Shown piece by piece: positions 1 through 9,483 of a stretch of DNA of 15,457 nt. The stretch is from Spirulina sp. (lineage in GTDB: Bacteria; Cyanobacteriota; Cyanobacteriia; Phormidesmidales; Phormidesmidaceae). The stretch spans positions 1-15,457 of the forward strand of contig JBIPSI010000056.1 of NCBI GenBank assembly GCA_044070495.1. The letters are read 5' to 3'. The translations under genes were made by a program, and so were the position numbers. Below the pieces are notes generated by a model. It searched no databases, was not told the origin of the DNA, and saw only the letters and a list, made by a program, of their open reading frames with translations. The number at the start of each line of letters is the position of its first letter. The first letter of the stretch is position 1.

Positions 1-122
1 GCCATGTCCGGTTCACCCACAACTGCGACCCTGAACCCGCCATGGCCTCTCGGAAGCAGCATGAGCAGCGCACCTATCAAATTGAGTTCAAAATACACAC
101 GTACAGCTATGCCGCCGACTAA
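1..122 (+). CDS. 3' end of an unidentified CDS entering from the left (possibly a transposase, since its stop abuts a TIR-like motif)
   Basis: The frame from base 3 is open (HVRFTHNCDPEPAMASRKQHEQRTYQIEFKIHTYSYAAD) to TAA at 120-122 and is followed directly by GTTTTGTCAGTCAACCAG. No recognisable domain in 39 aa. Confidence 0.35.
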   Translation, partial: HVRFTHNCDPEPAMASRKQHEQRTYQIEFKIHTYSYAAD

Positions 123-164
123 GTTTTGTCAGTCAACCAGCTGATTGCCTGACACATCTCCAAA

Positions 165-249
165 GTAGGTTGGGTGCAGCGAAGCGGAACCCAACACGCG
201 CCGAGGATTTCGGGCTTGTTGGGTTCTGCTATCGCGCCACCCAACCTAC
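165..249. repeat. REP/REPIN-like palindromic doublet (cyanobacterial GTAGGTTGGGT...ACCCAAC family)
   Basis: GTAGGTTGGGTGCAGCGAAGCGGAACCCAACA (165-196) and an inverted copy TGTTGGGTTCTGCTATCGCGCCACCCAACCTAC (217-249). GTAG/CTAC termini; each half is itself a hairpin. Confidence 0.8.
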
Positions 250-316
250 GAGAAATCAATGCTTTTCGGCGTTATGTCGGTCAGCAAGGTTGGTTGTTGG
301 CGTAGTCAATGGGGCT

Positions 317-757
317 TTATTTGCAGGTTATGTTCTTCACTAAATACTTGGGCGATTCTGTATATCCCTGGCGGGTATAGAACCGATGGGCGTCTACTCG
401 GCGGCTGTGGCAGTGGACTTCCATGCGATCACATCCTTGTGCTTGGGCCATCTCGTAGGCCCGGCTCTCTAGGGCGGTGCCAATGCCTTGGCCTCTGGCT
501 TTGGGGCTAACGCAGAGATAGCTAATGCGGCAAAAATCCCCAGGTAGGGCCAATTGGGGGATGAAGTGCAGGGAAATCACCCCTACCACGGCATCGTCAA
601 CGACGGCGACTAGCAAGATCGCATCGGGATGGTCAAGCTGGCGCTGAATGCTGCGGGTGAGGAAATTGAGATCACCAGGATAGCCCAAGTCATCCAGGAG
701 TCGGGCGATTACGGCGGTATCGGCAACGGTGGCGGGGCGAAGCTGGAGAGATGCCAT
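317..757 (-). CDS. GNAT family N-acetyltransferase
   Basis: ATG at 757 (MASLQLRPATVADT), just downstream of the preceding gene's stop. Acetyl-CoA motif LCVSPKARGQGIGTAL and AHRFYTRQGY. Confidence 0.92.
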   Translation of the reverse strand: MASLQLRPATVADTAVIARLLDDLGYPGDLNFLTRSIQRQLDHPDAILLVAVVDDAVVGVISLHFIPQLALPGDFCRISYLCVSPKARGQGIGTALESRAYEMAQAQGCDRMEVHCHSRRVDAHRFYTRQGYTESPKYLVKNITCK

Positions 758-761
758 GGGG

Positions 762-1529
762 TTAGGGAAAAATCGGCGCACCGTTCTGAAACACCAGGAG
801 CTCACCGGGCTGAATGGGTATCCACTGTTCGTTATCGGTGAGGCCCGTGGTGGCAATGATGGCGACTCGGTCGCTGAGGGTGGTCAGTTCTTGAAAGTCT
901 ACGGTGAGATCTTCGTCAATCAGATGAGCCGCCGCAAAGGGTGCTTGCCGCACGATGTAGCAGAGCTTGGTGGAGCAATGGGCAAAAAAGTGCTCGCCAT
1001 CGGAGAGTAGGTAGTTAAAGATGCCGTGCTGGGCGATGTCGGCGGTGATGGCTTGTAGGGTGGCGTAGAGGTCGGTGATGGGGGGCTTGCCCTTGGGAAA
1101 CCGCTGGCGCAGGGTGTTGAGGATGCGGCAAAAGGCACGTTCGCTGTCGGTTTGGCCCACGGGGCGATGTAGTCCAGGTGAAATCTCTAGGGTGGGCACA
1201 TCGCCATTGTGGGCAAACACCCAGTAGCGCCCCCACAGTTCTCGCTTAAAGGGATGGCAGTTTTCTAGCCCCACTGGCCCCACCGTGGCCTTACGAATAT
1301 GGGCAATCACGGTTCTAGACTTGATCGGGTACTGCCGCACCAGGGTGGCAATGGGGGAGGTGCTGGAGGGGTTGTCGTCCAGAAACACGCGACAGCCCAG
1401 CCCCTCAAAAAAGGCAATGCCCCAGCCGTCTTTGTGGTCATCGGTTTTGCCACCCCTGGCGCAAAAGCCCTCAAAGGAGAAGCAAATATCCGTTGGCACG
1501 TTGCAGTTCATCCCTAGGAGTTGACACAT
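762..1529 (-). CDS. Class II glutamine amidotransferase (YafJ/GATase_4 family)
   Basis: Begins MCQLLGMN (N-terminal nucleophile Cys2); motifs HKDGWGIAF, IAHIRKAT, NCHPF, FAHNG and GQTDSE. Confidence 0.93.
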   Translation of the reverse strand: MCQLLGMNCNVPTDICFSFEGFCARGGKTDDHKDGWGIAFFEGLGCRVFLDDNPSSTSPIATLVRQYPIKSRTVIAHIRKATVGPVGLENCHPFKRELWGRYWVFAHNGDVPTLEISPGLHRPVGQTDSERAFCRILNTLRQRFPKGKPPITDLYATLQAITADIAQHGIFNYLLSDGEHFFAHCSTKLCYIVRQAPFAAAHLIDEDLTVDFQELTTLSDRVAIIATTGLTDNEQWIPIQPGELLVFQNGAPIFP

Positions 1530-1769
1530 GGCGCTAGCGACATTTCTGTCAGAGCATTGTATGGCAACCCGGAGTCTTGTCTCGTTCTGCCCTGGGGAAG
1601 CCGCACCCAGAAAAATCGCAACTAGCGCAACCAAGCGATGGTACTGATTCACTGACACAAGATTCTGCGCCGGACGCGGCAACCGCGCCCCTACCGTCTT
1701 CGGAACATGTTGGAGTTAGATCTCCTGACCCTTGGACGGATCTGGGTTCTGGCAAGTTTTGTGAGTCAA

Positions 1770-2888
1770 TCAGGCGGTGGCGATTCGGGGCAGCACAACC
1801 CGCACGGTGGTGCCCGCTTCGGCGGAAGACTCAAGGGTGATCTCTCCCCGATGGGATTCCACAATGCGTTTGACGATGGCTAGGCCGAGGCCATTGCCCC
1901 CCGGCTTGGTGGTAAAAAAGGGCTGACCCAATTTCCTCAGAACCTCTGGCGGAATCGGTTCGCCGCCATTATGCAGGGTGATCCAAAGGGAGGTGGGGTG
2001 GGGGCTGGCGGCAATGCTCCAGGTGACGGTATCGCCGGGGGCAATGGCTTCGCAGGCGTTGCGCACTAGGTTGATGAAGACCTGCTTGAGTTTGTCTGGA
2101 TCGCCCGTAATCCAGACCTCCGGGAGATCCGAGGTGAGGAGGAGGGATCGGCCCTGCATGGCGGGCAGGGTGTCTAGGTGCTCCTTAAGCTGGTAGGCAA
2201 AGGTGACGAAGTCAAAGGTGAGGGGGGCGAGGATGGGTTCGCGGGCGTACTGCAAAATTTCGTTGAGTAACTGCTTGAGGCGGCTAGCTTCCTCTAGGGC
2301 CAAGGTCAGCCGCTGCTGAGCCCGGTCGGGAAGATCCATGGCCTGAAAGGACTCTAACCCCATCAAAATGGTGGTTAGGGGGCTGCGAACTTCATGGACA
2401 ATCATGGCCGCCAGTTCACCAATTTCGGCGAGGCGTTCTGTGGCGGCCTGGGCTTGCTTGCGGGTGGTGATGTCACGCACCATAGAAATGATGCAGTGGC
2501 GTCCGTCTAGGGAAACCACCGCCGCCGAGATCTCGGCGGGCACGGCCACCCCTGCTTTGGTCATGCAGGAAAGCTCATCCGTCCAGCCATGGCCCTGCTG
2601 CAAGACGGTGTTACCAAAGCGCTGAAACTCGGAGAGATCGTGGGGATGGACGGAGGAAACCTTGACGGTGGTCAGCAGTTCTTCACGGCTATAGCCCAGA
2701 AATTCGCTGGCCTTAGGATTCGCTTCGAGGATGCGATCTCCCTGGGGGTCAATCACAAAGATGGCATCGTTGGAGTACTCAAAGATCTGGCGCAGCCTCT
2801 GCTCACTATGGGTCAGTGTTCCATGGCCCTCCGGTGACTGGTTACACAAGGCTTCCCCCGCCCCATCCTCCATCGCATCTGTGGTCAT
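1770..2888 (-). CDS. PAS-domain sensor histidine kinase (soluble)
   Basis: PAS/PAC region (IFEYSNDAIFVID...EANPKA...VHPHD...SMVRDIT), H-box HEVRSPLT, N-box QVFINLVRNA, F/G2 boxes FFTTKPGGNGLGL. Confidence 0.93.
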   Translation of the reverse strand: MTTDAMEDGAGEALCNQSPEGHGTLTHSEQRLRQIFEYSNDAIFVIDPQGDRILEANPKASEFLGYSREELLTTVKVSSVHPHDLSEFQRFGNTVLQQGHGWTDELSCMTKAGVAVPAEISAAVVSLDGRHCIISMVRDITTRKQAQAATERLAEIGELAAMIVHEVRSPLTTILMGLESFQAMDLPDRAQQRLTLALEEASRLKQLLNEILQYAREPILAPLTFDFVTFAYQLKEHLDTLPAMQGRSLLLTSDLPEVWITGDPDKLKQVFINLVRNACEAIAPGDTVTWSIAASPHPTSLWITLHNGGEPIPPEVLRKLGQPFFTTKPGGNGLGLAIVKRIVESHRGEITLESSAEAGTTVRVVLPRIATA

Positions 2889-2938
2889 GGCGTACCCTTT
2901 GTGTGGCTGAATGGCCTAGGTCACCATGGTAACAGATG

Positions 2939-2987
2939 AAAAAAAGTGGCCCAACATAACCCTTTAATCTGCTGGGTGGGCCACTTT
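2939..2987 (-). terminator. Probable intrinsic terminator of the EF-hand gene
   Basis: 11-bp inverted repeat AAAGTGGCCCA/TGGGCCACTTT with a long loop, followed by a T-run on the minus strand. Confidence 0.55.
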
Positions 2988-3039
2988 CAGAGAATCGCGG
3001 GGCCTAGCGGTTCAGCTAGGCCAGATCCGCAGGGCAGAC

Positions 3040-3231
3040 CTAAGCCTGACGCTGCTCACGGTTATACCTCACCAGTTCCGAGAGGGTAACGACCCCGTCT
3101 CCGTTTAGGTCTGCCGCTGCATCGTGTAGGGTGGTTTGGCCCATACTAGAAGACATTTCCGCATTGGCGGCGGCGGCCATGGTCAGACTAGACAGAACGA
3201 CAAACAGACCGGACATAAGTACACGTTTCAT
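3040..3231 (-). CDS. Small secreted EF-hand (Ca2+-binding) protein
   Basis: Signal peptide MKRVLMSGLFVVLSSLTMAAAANA; EF-hand loop DLNGDGVVTLSE; RBS AGGAGG upstream. Confidence 0.8.
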   Translation of the reverse strand: MKRVLMSGLFVVLSSLTMAAAANAEMSSSMGQTTLHDAAADLNGDGVVTLSELVRYNREQRQA

Positions 3232-3399
3232 AGGGTTCCTCCTGGCAAAGGCCTAGGCCTTTGCTTGCTGTGTGGTTTACGGTTCCCATCATGGCGGTCT
3301 ATCCTGAGAGGCCCCTAAACTAAGCTGGGAGAACCCTTAAAAACCCTGAAGGAATGCCTGAAACATCCTGAGCATTGGCTGAGAAACCCTCGGTGCGCC

Positions 3400-4326
3400 C
3401 TAGCCCAGGGTGACCGTAGCGCCCTCGGTGTCGAGCCGCAGCACCTTAGTAGTTACCCTTTGCCCCTGCCAAGCCGCCGCCATGGCCTCGCTCACCTGGG
3501 TTGCGGTGGTGCTGGGGGCTAGGGCCAGCAGGGTGGGGCCTGCGCCGCTGATCACCAAACCGTAGGCTCCGGCGGTTTGGGCGGCAGCGGCCACGGCGTC
3601 ATAGCCCGGAATCAGGGCTTGGCGGTAGGGTTGATGGATCCGGTCGTGCAGGGCCACCCGCAGCCAGTCAGCCTTTCCGGTTTCTAGCCCCCGCAGCAGC
3701 AGCCCCAGGTGGGCAGTGTTGAAAATAGCATCCGCACGGCTGTAGGTGGCAGGAAGGACGCGACGGGCTTCAGCGGTCGAAAGTTCAAAATCGGGAATGG
3801 CCACCACGGGGGTAATCTCGCTGTGCCAGGGCAGGGGGCACAGGGTAGGGGTGCCATCGGCGGCGGTGACTGCCAGTTGACAGCCTCCCACCAGAGCCGG
3901 AACCACATTGTCGGGGTGGCCCTCTAGGGCAATGGCCATCGCCGCAATTTCAGAGGGTTCCAGGGGATCTTCCGCCAGGGCATTGGCCCCCAGCAGCCCC
4001 CCCACTATGGCGGTGGAAGAACTGCCCAACCCACGGGCCAGGGGCACCGCTAGGTCAATGGCCAGGGCCACTGCGGGTACAGCCCACCCTCGCTGCTGAA
4101 AGTAGTGGGCAAAGGCTTGGTAGGCCAGGTTCGTGGCATCGGTGCTGACCCGGTCGGCCTCTAGACCCTGAACAGTAATCGTCACCGTGCCAGGGGGGTG
4201 ATCCATTGCCGTGAAGGTGAAGCGGTTATAGATCGTCAGCGCCGCCCCCAGGCAGTCAAACCCAGGGCCAATGTTGGCGGTTGTACCGGGTACCGTCACA
4301 ATCACAGAGGTAGACACCGCAAACAC
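3400..4326 (-). CDS. thrB: Homoserine kinase
   Basis: Motifs VPGTTANIGPGFDCLG, GHMP PLARGLGSSS, EGHPDNV, DRIHQPYR and ISGAGPT. Exact start (GTG at 4326) is uncertain. Confidence 0.96.
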   Translation of the reverse strand: MFAVSTSVIVTVPGTTANIGPGFDCLGAALTIYNRFTFTAMDHPPGTVTITVQGLEADRVSTDATNLAYQAFAHYFQQRGWAVPAVALAIDLAVPLARGLGSSSTAIVGGLLGANALAEDPLEPSEIAAMAIALEGHPDNVVPALVGGCQLAVTAADGTPTLCPLPWHSEITPVVAIPDFELSTAEARRVLPATYSRADAIFNTAHLGLLLRGLETGKADWLRVALHDRIHQPYRQALIPGYDAVAAAAQTAGAYGLVISGAGPTLLALAPSTTATQVSEAMAAAWQGQRVTTKVLRLDTEGATVTLG

Positions 4327-4542
4327 CTCCAGCGGCTAGAACAGGGTCAAGGTCAGGATAGTAGCACTTTTTGAGGGGCCTAGGTTCTCCGATTCAGAAG
4401 GGGCGTGGGCCGCCTCGCCCCCATCGGATCGAGATGCCGCCAGGATTGGGGTTTCCGGCAGTCTCCTGAACCAAAAACCCTGCGGAAAGGCTCCCGCCAA
4501 CCCGTAAAATACAGTGTCGAATGTTTTTCCTGGAGTAGCAGT

Positions 4543-5055
4543 ATGGTGGATCTGTCTCGCATTCCGGCCCAGCCCGAACCTGGCGTCATTAACGTCCTGA
4601 TTGAAATTCCGGCAGGCAGCAAAAATAAGTACGAATTTGACAAAGACCTCAATGCCTTTGCCCTGGATCGGGTGCTGTTCTCCTCGGTGCACTATCCCCT
4701 CGACTATGGCTTTGTGCCCAACACCCTAGCCGACGATGGCGACCCCCTCGATGGCATGGTGATGATGGATCAGCCCACCTTTCCTGGATGCGTGATTGCG
4801 GCCCGTCCCATTGGCATGTTGGAAATGATCGACGGTGGCGACCGCGACGAGAAAATCCTCTGCGTGCCCGTGGCCGATCCCCGCTATGCCACGGTGAAAT
4901 CCTTGGATGACGTAGCTCCCCACCGTTTGGACGAAATCGCCGAGTTCTTCCGCTCCTACAAAAACCTGGAAAAGAAGGTCACCGAAATCCTCGGCTGGCA
5001 GAATGTGGACAAGGTGCAGGCCCTGGTAAGCCAGTGCATTGCCGCCTATAAGTAA
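4543..5055 (+). CDS. ppa: Soluble inorganic pyrophosphatase (family I)
   Basis: Motifs [35 protein letters not shown] and [17 protein letters not shown] at 4532. Start is ATG 4543 or GTG 4546. Confidence 0.97.
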   Translation: MVDLSRIPAQPEPGVINVLIEIPAGSKNKYEFDKDLNAFALDRVLFSSVHYPLDYGFVPNTLADDGDPLDGMVMMDQPTFPGCVIAARPIGMLEMIDGGDRDEKILCVPVADPRYATVKSLDDVAPHRLDEIAEFFRSYKNLEKKVTEILGWQNVDKVQALVSQCIAAYK

Positions 5056-5110
5056 CCTGACATCGGGGGGATGGGTAGCACGGCCTCTCCCCCAACCCAT
5101 CTCCCTCAGG

Positions 5111-5276
5111 GCTATCGCTTATACACAAGTCTCTATTCTGTTAGTTCCTAGGGTTGATCCCCCCTAGCCCCCCTTGTGAAGGGGGGAACTGGAGTCAAAG
5201 TCCCCCTTGATAAGGGGGATTTAGGGGGATCTCCCAGGTATGGCGGGATGAGAGCAAGCTGTGTCTAAGCAGTAAC
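5111..5276. repeat. Cyanobacterial small dispersed repeat / MITE-like element between convergent genes
   Basis: Core 5156-5231 GATCCCCCCTAGCCCCCCTTGTGAAGGGGGGAAC...GTCCCCCTTGATAAGGGGGATTTAGGGGGATC is an inverted doublet of C-run/G-run hairpins. Outer imperfect IR GCTATCGCTTATACACA / TGTGTCTAAGCAGTAAC. Confidence 0.7.
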
Positions 5277-5280
5277 TTCC

Positions 5281-6837
5281 TTAAGGGGAAGGAAGTTCTT
5301 CGGCACTGACGGTGCAGTCTCGGCCATGGGTTTTGGCCCAGCAGAGGGCTTGATCGGCCTGGCGCAGCAGGTGGGTTGGGTTGTCGCCATGGCGGGGAAA
5401 GCAGGCAATACCTAGGGAAATGGTCAACGGCTCGATGGGTTGGTCGTCGTAGACCAGGGTGAGGTATTTGACCGCTCGCCGAATTTTTTCGGCCCGCACC
5501 AGGGCCACATCTAGGGGCGTATCGAACAGCACCATACAAAATTCTTCGCCCCCGTAGCGGCAGACGATATCCTGGGAGCGGACATGGCCCTTGAGCAAAA
5601 TACTAATGTCTTTGAGCGCCCGATCTCCGGCCAGATGGCCAAAGCTATCGTTGATGGCCTTGAAGTGATCAATATCAATTAAAAGCAGGCTGACGGGTTG
5701 TTGATGGCTTCCGGTTTGGCATAGGTTGTGCAGCACGGTTTCCATCGGGCGACGGTTGAGTAACCCGGTCAGCCCATCGTGGGTGGCCTGCGACTCAAGT
5801 TCCTCCAGCACCAGCAGCCGTTCCATCACGAGGGGCATGTGGTCAGACAGTTTTTGGATCAGTTTGGCTTGCAGGGAGCTTGTCCCAGGGGCGGCGGTAA
5901 CCTGGAGCAGACAGATAGCTTCCTTAATATCGCCCAACACCGTACAGGCCAGGGTGGGTTGGGCCGATGGGGTCGCCAGGGGTTCTGAGGGGCTGGGATG
6001 GCAGCGGGGGCAAGGGCCGAGGCGCGGGGCTGTCATGGGGCGAGTGAGCAACGAACAGGGCTGGGCGAGGGCCTGAAGCGGCTGATCTGGCCCCCAATGC
6101 ATCAGCACTTTAGCCTGGGTCGGAAAGCCTGATATCAGCACCACCTGCCCCGCTTGGTGAGGGAAAAACGGCGGCAGATAGTCTGCCAGCAGTTGGCCGA
6201 GATGGTCGTAGGATAGGCAGGCCTGAAGCTGAGTGGCCAAATCCACCAAGCTGGGCAACCGAGGGTGGATTTGACTGTCCCCAGCCGGACGGGGCGGATG
6301 GATAGACACCACCCGCGACAGAAAATCCTGGTTGGGCTGGCCGGGGCTATCCAGATCCTCCAGGTTGGTGGGCAGGGGTGGCGGCACCAAAACCGACGGC
6401 AAGGGGACGAGGCGCAGACACAGCAGTAACTGCTGACTTAGGTAGGCCAGGGTTTTGACCTGGGTGGTCGATAGCGCCTCGGCCACCATGCCCGGAATAT
6501 AGAGGGTGAAGTAGGAGGAGGTGTGGGGCGGATGGATGCGCCCCACCAAAGCCACCTGCGGGGCAGGGGTCTGGGCCTCAGGGGTAGTGCGATACAGCGT
6601 GCCCAGATAAAGGGCGTCGGAGATGGGGACGAGGGCGGGCGGGGGTTGTTCGAGCATCTGGCGCAGCACCACCTGGGTAATGGGGCCATAGCTCAAGGCT
6701 CCGGTGGTGTAGGGGCGGGATCCGACCTGCACCGTCAGGGCCGCCTGGGGTACCTGCAAGGTCAGCGCCGTCAACTTGAGAAAGTTGCGTAGGGCCGGAT
6801 AGGCGTCTCCAAGGGCGGCGGAAGGAGGTTTAGTCAT
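5281..6837 (-). CDS. GGDEF diguanylate cyclase with degenerate GAF-like N-terminal region
   Basis: Motifs HDGLTGLLNRR, IDIDHFKAINDSFGHLAGD, I-site RSQD and active site RYGGEEF. Start at ATG 6837 assumed; ORF is open to 6870. Confidence 0.92.
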   Translation of the reverse strand: MTKPPSAALGDAYPALRNFLKLTALTLQVPQAALTVQVGSRPYTTGALSYGPITQVVLRQMLEQPPPALVPISDALYLGTLYRTTPEAQTPAPQVALVGRIHPPHTSSYFTLYIPGMVAEALSTTQVKTLAYLSQQLLLCLRLVPLPSVLVPPPLPTNLEDLDSPGQPNQDFLSRVVSIHPPRPAGDSQIHPRLPSLVDLATQLQACLSYDHLGQLLADYLPPFFPHQAGQVVLISGFPTQAKVLMHWGPDQPLQALAQPCSLLTRPMTAPRLGPCPRCHPSPSEPLATPSAQPTLACTVLGDIKEAICLLQVTAAPGTSSLQAKLIQKLSDHMPLVMERLLVLEELESQATHDGLTGLLNRRPMETVLHNLCQTGSHQQPVSLLLIDIDHFKAINDSFGHLAGDRALKDISILLKGHVRSQDIVCRYGGEEFCMVLFDTPLDVALVRAEKIRRAVKYLTLVYDDQPIEPLTISLGIACFPRHGDNPTHLLRQADQALCWAKTHGRDCTVSAEELPSP

Positions 6838-6958
6838 AGCGGCGGATGAGGGGCAATGAGGAGAAACCAATGAAGACGGACGCAGACCTAGTGACGATCT
6901 ACCGGAAACCCAGACACTTTAATTGTTCCCGATTTAGACCCGTTCTGACCTTTGCTAT

Positions 6959-8179
6959 ATGATGGCAAGGAAAAACGTTATTTCTATTCCTAACGGTACT
7001 TCTGTGGACGTTACGTTTCCCCTGGCCCAGCGCATGTCGCCCCTTCAAGCCAACGTGTTCGCCGATATGGATCGGGCCAAGGCCAAGGCGAGGGCGGCGG
7101 GGCAAACCATCATCGACCTGTCCCTCGGATCCTCAGATCTGCCCGTAGCCCCCCATATCCTAGAGGCCATTGCCGCCGCCCTGCCCGACACCAGTACCCA
7201 TGGCTACTGCCTCTTTTCCGGCACCCAGGCTTTTCGGCAGGCGGCGGCCCAGTGGTACACCGATAAATTTGGGGTGCCCGTCGATCCAGAAACCGAGGTG
7301 TTGCTGCTGATCGGATCCCAGGAAGGCACCGCCCACCTGCCCCTCGCCCTGCTCAACCCTGGGGACTACGCCCTACTCATGGATCCGGGCTATCCCTCCC
7401 ATGCGGGGGGGGTGTACCTCGCCAGCGGCAACATCCACCCCATGCCCCTGCGGGCGGAAAATCAGTTTTTGCCCCGCTTTGAGGACATCCCTCCCGACGT
7501 GCTGGCCCAGGCGCGGCTAATGGTGCTCAGCTATCCCCACAACCCCACCGCCGCCACCGCCGATTTAGCCTTTTGGCAGCGGGCCGTGGCCTTTTGTCAG
7601 CAGCACCGCATTGTTTTGGCCCACGATTTTCCCTACGCCGACCTCACCTTTACGGGCCAGCCAGCGGTCTCCGTCCTTCAGGCCGACCGCGACAAAAGCG
7701 TCTCCATCGAGTTTTTCTCCATGTCCAAGTCCTACGGCATGGGCGGTTTTCGGCTAGGCTATGCCATTGGTAACGCCCAACTGATCCAAGCCCTGCGGCA
7801 AGTCAAGGCCAACGTAGACTTCAACCAATACCCCGGCATTCAGCGGGGGGCCATCGCCGCCCTCACTGGCCCCCAAGCCACGGTGCAATACATGATTGAC
7901 ACCTTCCGCCAGCGACGGGATGCCGCCATCGCCGCCCTGCACCGTCAGGGCTGGGAGGTTACCCCGCCAGAGGCCACCATGTACCTTTGGCTGAAGCTGC
8001 CCCAGCCCTGGGCCGAGCGCTCCATCGACTTTTGCCTCAAGCTGGTGGAATCGACAGGGGTGGCCCTGGCCCCCGGTGTGGGGTTTGGGGAGGCAGGAGA
8101 GGGCTATGTGCGGATGGCCCTAGTGCATCCCCCCGACCTATTGACCGAGGCCATTGAACGCATAGTGGGCGTAGTCTAA
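6959..8179 (+). CDS. PLP-dependent class I/II aminotransferase (LL-diaminopimelate aminotransferase-like)
   Basis: Motifs IDLSLGSSD, LIGSQEG, YPHNPT, HDFPY, SMSKSYGMGGFRLG (PLP lysine) and GEGYVRMAL. True start may be GTG 7004. Confidence 0.9.
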   Translation: MMARKNVISIPNGTSVDVTFPLAQRMSPLQANVFADMDRAKAKARAAGQTIIDLSLGSSDLPVAPHILEAIAAALPDTSTHGYCLFSGTQAFRQAAAQWYTDKFGVPVDPETEVLLLIGSQEGTAHLPLALLNPGDYALLMDPGYPSHAGGVYLASGNIHPMPLRAENQFLPRFEDIPPDVLAQARLMVLSYPHNPTAATADLAFWQRAVAFCQQHRIVLAHDFPYADLTFTGQPAVSVLQADRDKSVSIEFFSMSKSYGMGGFRLGYAIGNAQLIQALRQVKANVDFNQYPGIQRGAIAALTGPQATVQYMIDTFRQRRDAAIAALHRQGWEVTPPEATMYLWLKLPQPWAERSIDFCLKLVESTGVALAPGVGFGEAGEGYVRMALVHPPDLLTEAIERIVGVV

Positions 8180-8211
8180 GCCTGATCAGGCCTTGCTTGG
8201 CGAGGTTACCC

Positions 8212-9354
8212 TTACCTTCCCAGGGCCACGGCGGAGGGCATGGCCACGGTTTCATAGAGACGCTCTAGGAGCGATAGATTGGCATTGAGGGTATAGCGGA
8301 ATACCACGCGCTCGCGGGCTTTGCGGCCTAGGAGTTGGGCCACTTCGGGATGGTCGCGCAGCAGGGGCAGAATGGTTTGCAACTGCACCGCCACCCGTTG
8401 GGGGTCTAGCACAATGCCCGCCCCATGGGCCAAGACTTCCCCATCGGCCCCGGCATCGGTGGCCACGCAGGCGGTACCGCAGGCCATCGCTTCCAGCAAG
8501 GAGAGGGACAAGCCTTCCACGAAGGAGGGCAGGATAAAGCCATCGGCCCCCCGCAGCAGGTCAATGCGCCGCTGCACATCGGCGACATAGCCTAGCCACA
8601 GAATATTGGCGTCATCGTAAAACAGCTTGAGGGAGGACTCGAGCGGCCCACTACCCATAATCACCAGCTTGCAGGTTGGCCCCATATCCGCTAGCCGCCA
8701 GCCCTTCAGCAGCGATTCCACGTTTTTTTCTGGGGAAAGGCGACCCTGGTAGACAAACAGCCGTTCCGCCCCCAACTCCGCCTTCGCCGAAGATGGGCCA
8801 GGGGTATAGCGCTGGGTATCCACACCGTTGGGAATCACCTCTAGGCGATCATCGGGCACCCCCAATTTGCTCAGCAGGTCGCGCTGGAGATCGGAGAACA
8901 CGATCACCCGGTCGTAGTTGGCCAAACAGGGGGCATAGAGCTGGTAGGTGAGGTGTTGGGTGCCAGAGGTAATGCTGCGCACCTTGCGGTCGAAGGCGGG
9001 GTGAAAGGTGGCGACCAGGGGCAGTCCCAATTCTGCACAGATTTCTGGCAACCGAAAGTCCAGGGGGGAGAGGGTCAAGGACGCATGGACAATATCGGGT
9101 TTAAGCTGCCGCAGGGCATTGGTCAACAGCTTCCGGGACCGCAGGGAGGGAATAGTGAGAATCTGCGACTTAAACAAAAAGGGGAGGGACACCTCAGCGG
9201 CTTCAGGATGGGCCTCGGCCTCGACCCCATGGGGCTGGGCAAAGTGCAAAAACGTGACGCGGTAGCCCCGTTCTAGGAGGGCATTGGTAATTTCTCGACT
9301 GTAGGTGACGTTGCCGCAGAAGGGGGATTTCTTGCCAAGCCACGCAATATGCAT
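8212..9354 (-). CDS. dgdA: Glycosyltransferase family 4, digalactosyldiacylglycerol synthase (DgdA/Ycf82-like)
   Basis: N-terminus MHIAWLGKKSPFCGNVTYSREITNALL matches my recollection of cyanobacterial DgdA; GT4 motifs IPNGVD, GRLSPEKN and EGLSLSLLEAMACG. Confidence 0.85.
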   Translation of the reverse strand: MHIAWLGKKSPFCGNVTYSREITNALLERGYRVTFLHFAQPHGVEAEAHPEAAEVSLPFLFKSQILTIPSLRSRKLLTNALRQLKPDIVHASLTLSPLDFRLPEICAELGLPLVATFHPAFDRKVRSITSGTQHLTYQLYAPCLANYDRVIVFSDLQRDLLSKLGVPDDRLEVIPNGVDTQRYTPGPSSAKAELGAERLFVYQGRLSPEKNVESLLKGWRLADMGPTCKLVIMGSGPLESSLKLFYDDANILWLGYVADVQRRIDLLRGADGFILPSFVEGLSLSLLEAMACGTACVATDAGADGEVLAHGAGIVLDPQRVAVQLQTILPLLRDHPEVAQLLGRKARERVVFRYTLNANLSLLERLYETVAMPSAVALGR

Positions 9355-9450
9355 TCACGGTTCGGGGGATAGGGTGACGGAGAAGGGACAGGTACGCGGG
9401 GACAGACCCATCCCGATAGGCGAGAGGTGAAGCACGCCCGTAACCGGAGC

Positions 9451-9483
9451 CTACCTCAATGCTGTATCGGCAATATACCAGGT
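9451..9483 (-). pseudogene. Orphaned 3' end of a host gene, probably the MFS transporter that usually precedes dgdA
   Basis: Minus strand reads ACC TGG TAT ATT GCC GAT ACA GCA TTG AGG TAG (TWYIADTALR*) and ends 96 nt before the dgdA ATG. Identification rests on recalled deoC-recO-MFS-dgdA synteny and a recalled TWYI-like C-terminus. Confidence 0.5.

Noticed and set aside
5156..5231. C-run/G-run double hairpin as a novel ncRNA
   Set aside because: It matches a familiar class of cyanobacterial dispersed palindromic repeats found between convergent genes.
259..9276. Many short antisense or alternate-frame ORFs, and long 5' extensions of the GNAT, amidotransferase and ppa genes
   Set aside because: These are shadow ORFs of GC-rich genes with no motifs; family N-termini define the shorter starts.
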